From Vitrella brassicaformis CCMP3155 (lineage: Eukaryota > Protista > Chromerida), in the NCBI GenBank assembly GCA_001179505.1, contig CDMY01001003.1:1-6462 (forward strand): a DNA stretch of 6,462 bases, read 5' to 3'. Shown here piece by piece: positions 6,223 to 6,462 of the stretch; position 1 is the stretch's first letter, and each line of letters starts with the position of its first letter. The position numbers and the translations under genes were made by a program. The notes under the pieces were generated by a model. That model worked only from the letters and a program-made list of their open reading frames with translations, had not been told where the DNA came from and searched no databases.

Positions 6223-6462
6223 CCAGGAAGGCTCTGAGGAGCGAGAGCAGGGGAACGAGCAGGAGCAGCAGGACGATCCCACACCCCCCCACCCCGCTCC
6301 CTCTCTGCACCCTGGTGTCCATCCCGTGGATCTACCGTCCCCGGAGCAGCTGAAGCCTTTCGTGCACTCGGTGGACCAGCTGTTCTTCACCGGCATCTGG
6401 CTTTGCAACAACTGCACTCATCGGTCGGTACGAGGCGGGGCGGTTCAGCAGGGCGGAGAAGC

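Larger units (their letters stand above)
5382..6462 (+). pseudogene. Copy 2 of the RS/acidic orphan gene, frameshifted near 5850-5875; downstream frame open to the window end
   Basis: Matches copy 1 from ATG 5382. Between cac at 5805 and tgc at 5876 there are 71 nt, against 42 nt in copy 1 (4068-4110): net +29. The frame homologous to copy 1 then reads CHGGVQLKPAAVVRAEAAVRVQTTEAAEPSQ...DPNTEEVDDHEDEEQQRDSEERH...HPVDLPSPEQLKPFVHSVDQLFFTGIWLCNNCTHRSVRGGAVQQGGE with no stop. Could instead be a consensus error or a short intron. Confidence 0.6.

Noticed and set aside
5789-6322. Minus-strand Leu/Val-rich ORF resembling a membrane protein, plus overlapping minus ORFs 5895-6284 and 6064-6417
   Set aside because: These are antisense shadows of the GAG/GAC/CAG-rich acidic repeat; the hydrophobicity comes from the reverse complement.

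Overview
GC-rich (about 60% by eye) eukaryotic genomic DNA with microsatellite-rich, intron-like tracts. It looks protist-like, but that is an inference from composition only. Four parts: (1) 1-669 is the 3' end of an ORF open from before the window, ending in a Pro/Asp-rich linker, a degenerate chromodomain-like motif and a basic RYMQLRSR tail, as in the Pol C-terminus of chromodomain-bearing LTR retrotransposons; I see no polypurine tract or LTR after it. (2) About 670-2830 is ambiguous, with splice-like signals on both strands and a 23-bp tandem repeat. (3) 2830-4332 and 4633-6098 are two diverged direct copies of a unit of at least 1.5 kb, separated by a 300-N assembly gap. (4) Each copy carries a gene I do not recognise: helical N-terminus, RS dipeptide tract, Thr/Pro/Gln linker, then (visible only in copy 2) a 14-aa acidic repeat and a WLCNNC motif. 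Copy 2 has a net +29 nt insertion that shifts the frame, so the ORF track shows the wrong C-terminus and misses the frame that stays open to the window end. I found no rRNA, tRNA, CRISPR array or prokaryotic system.
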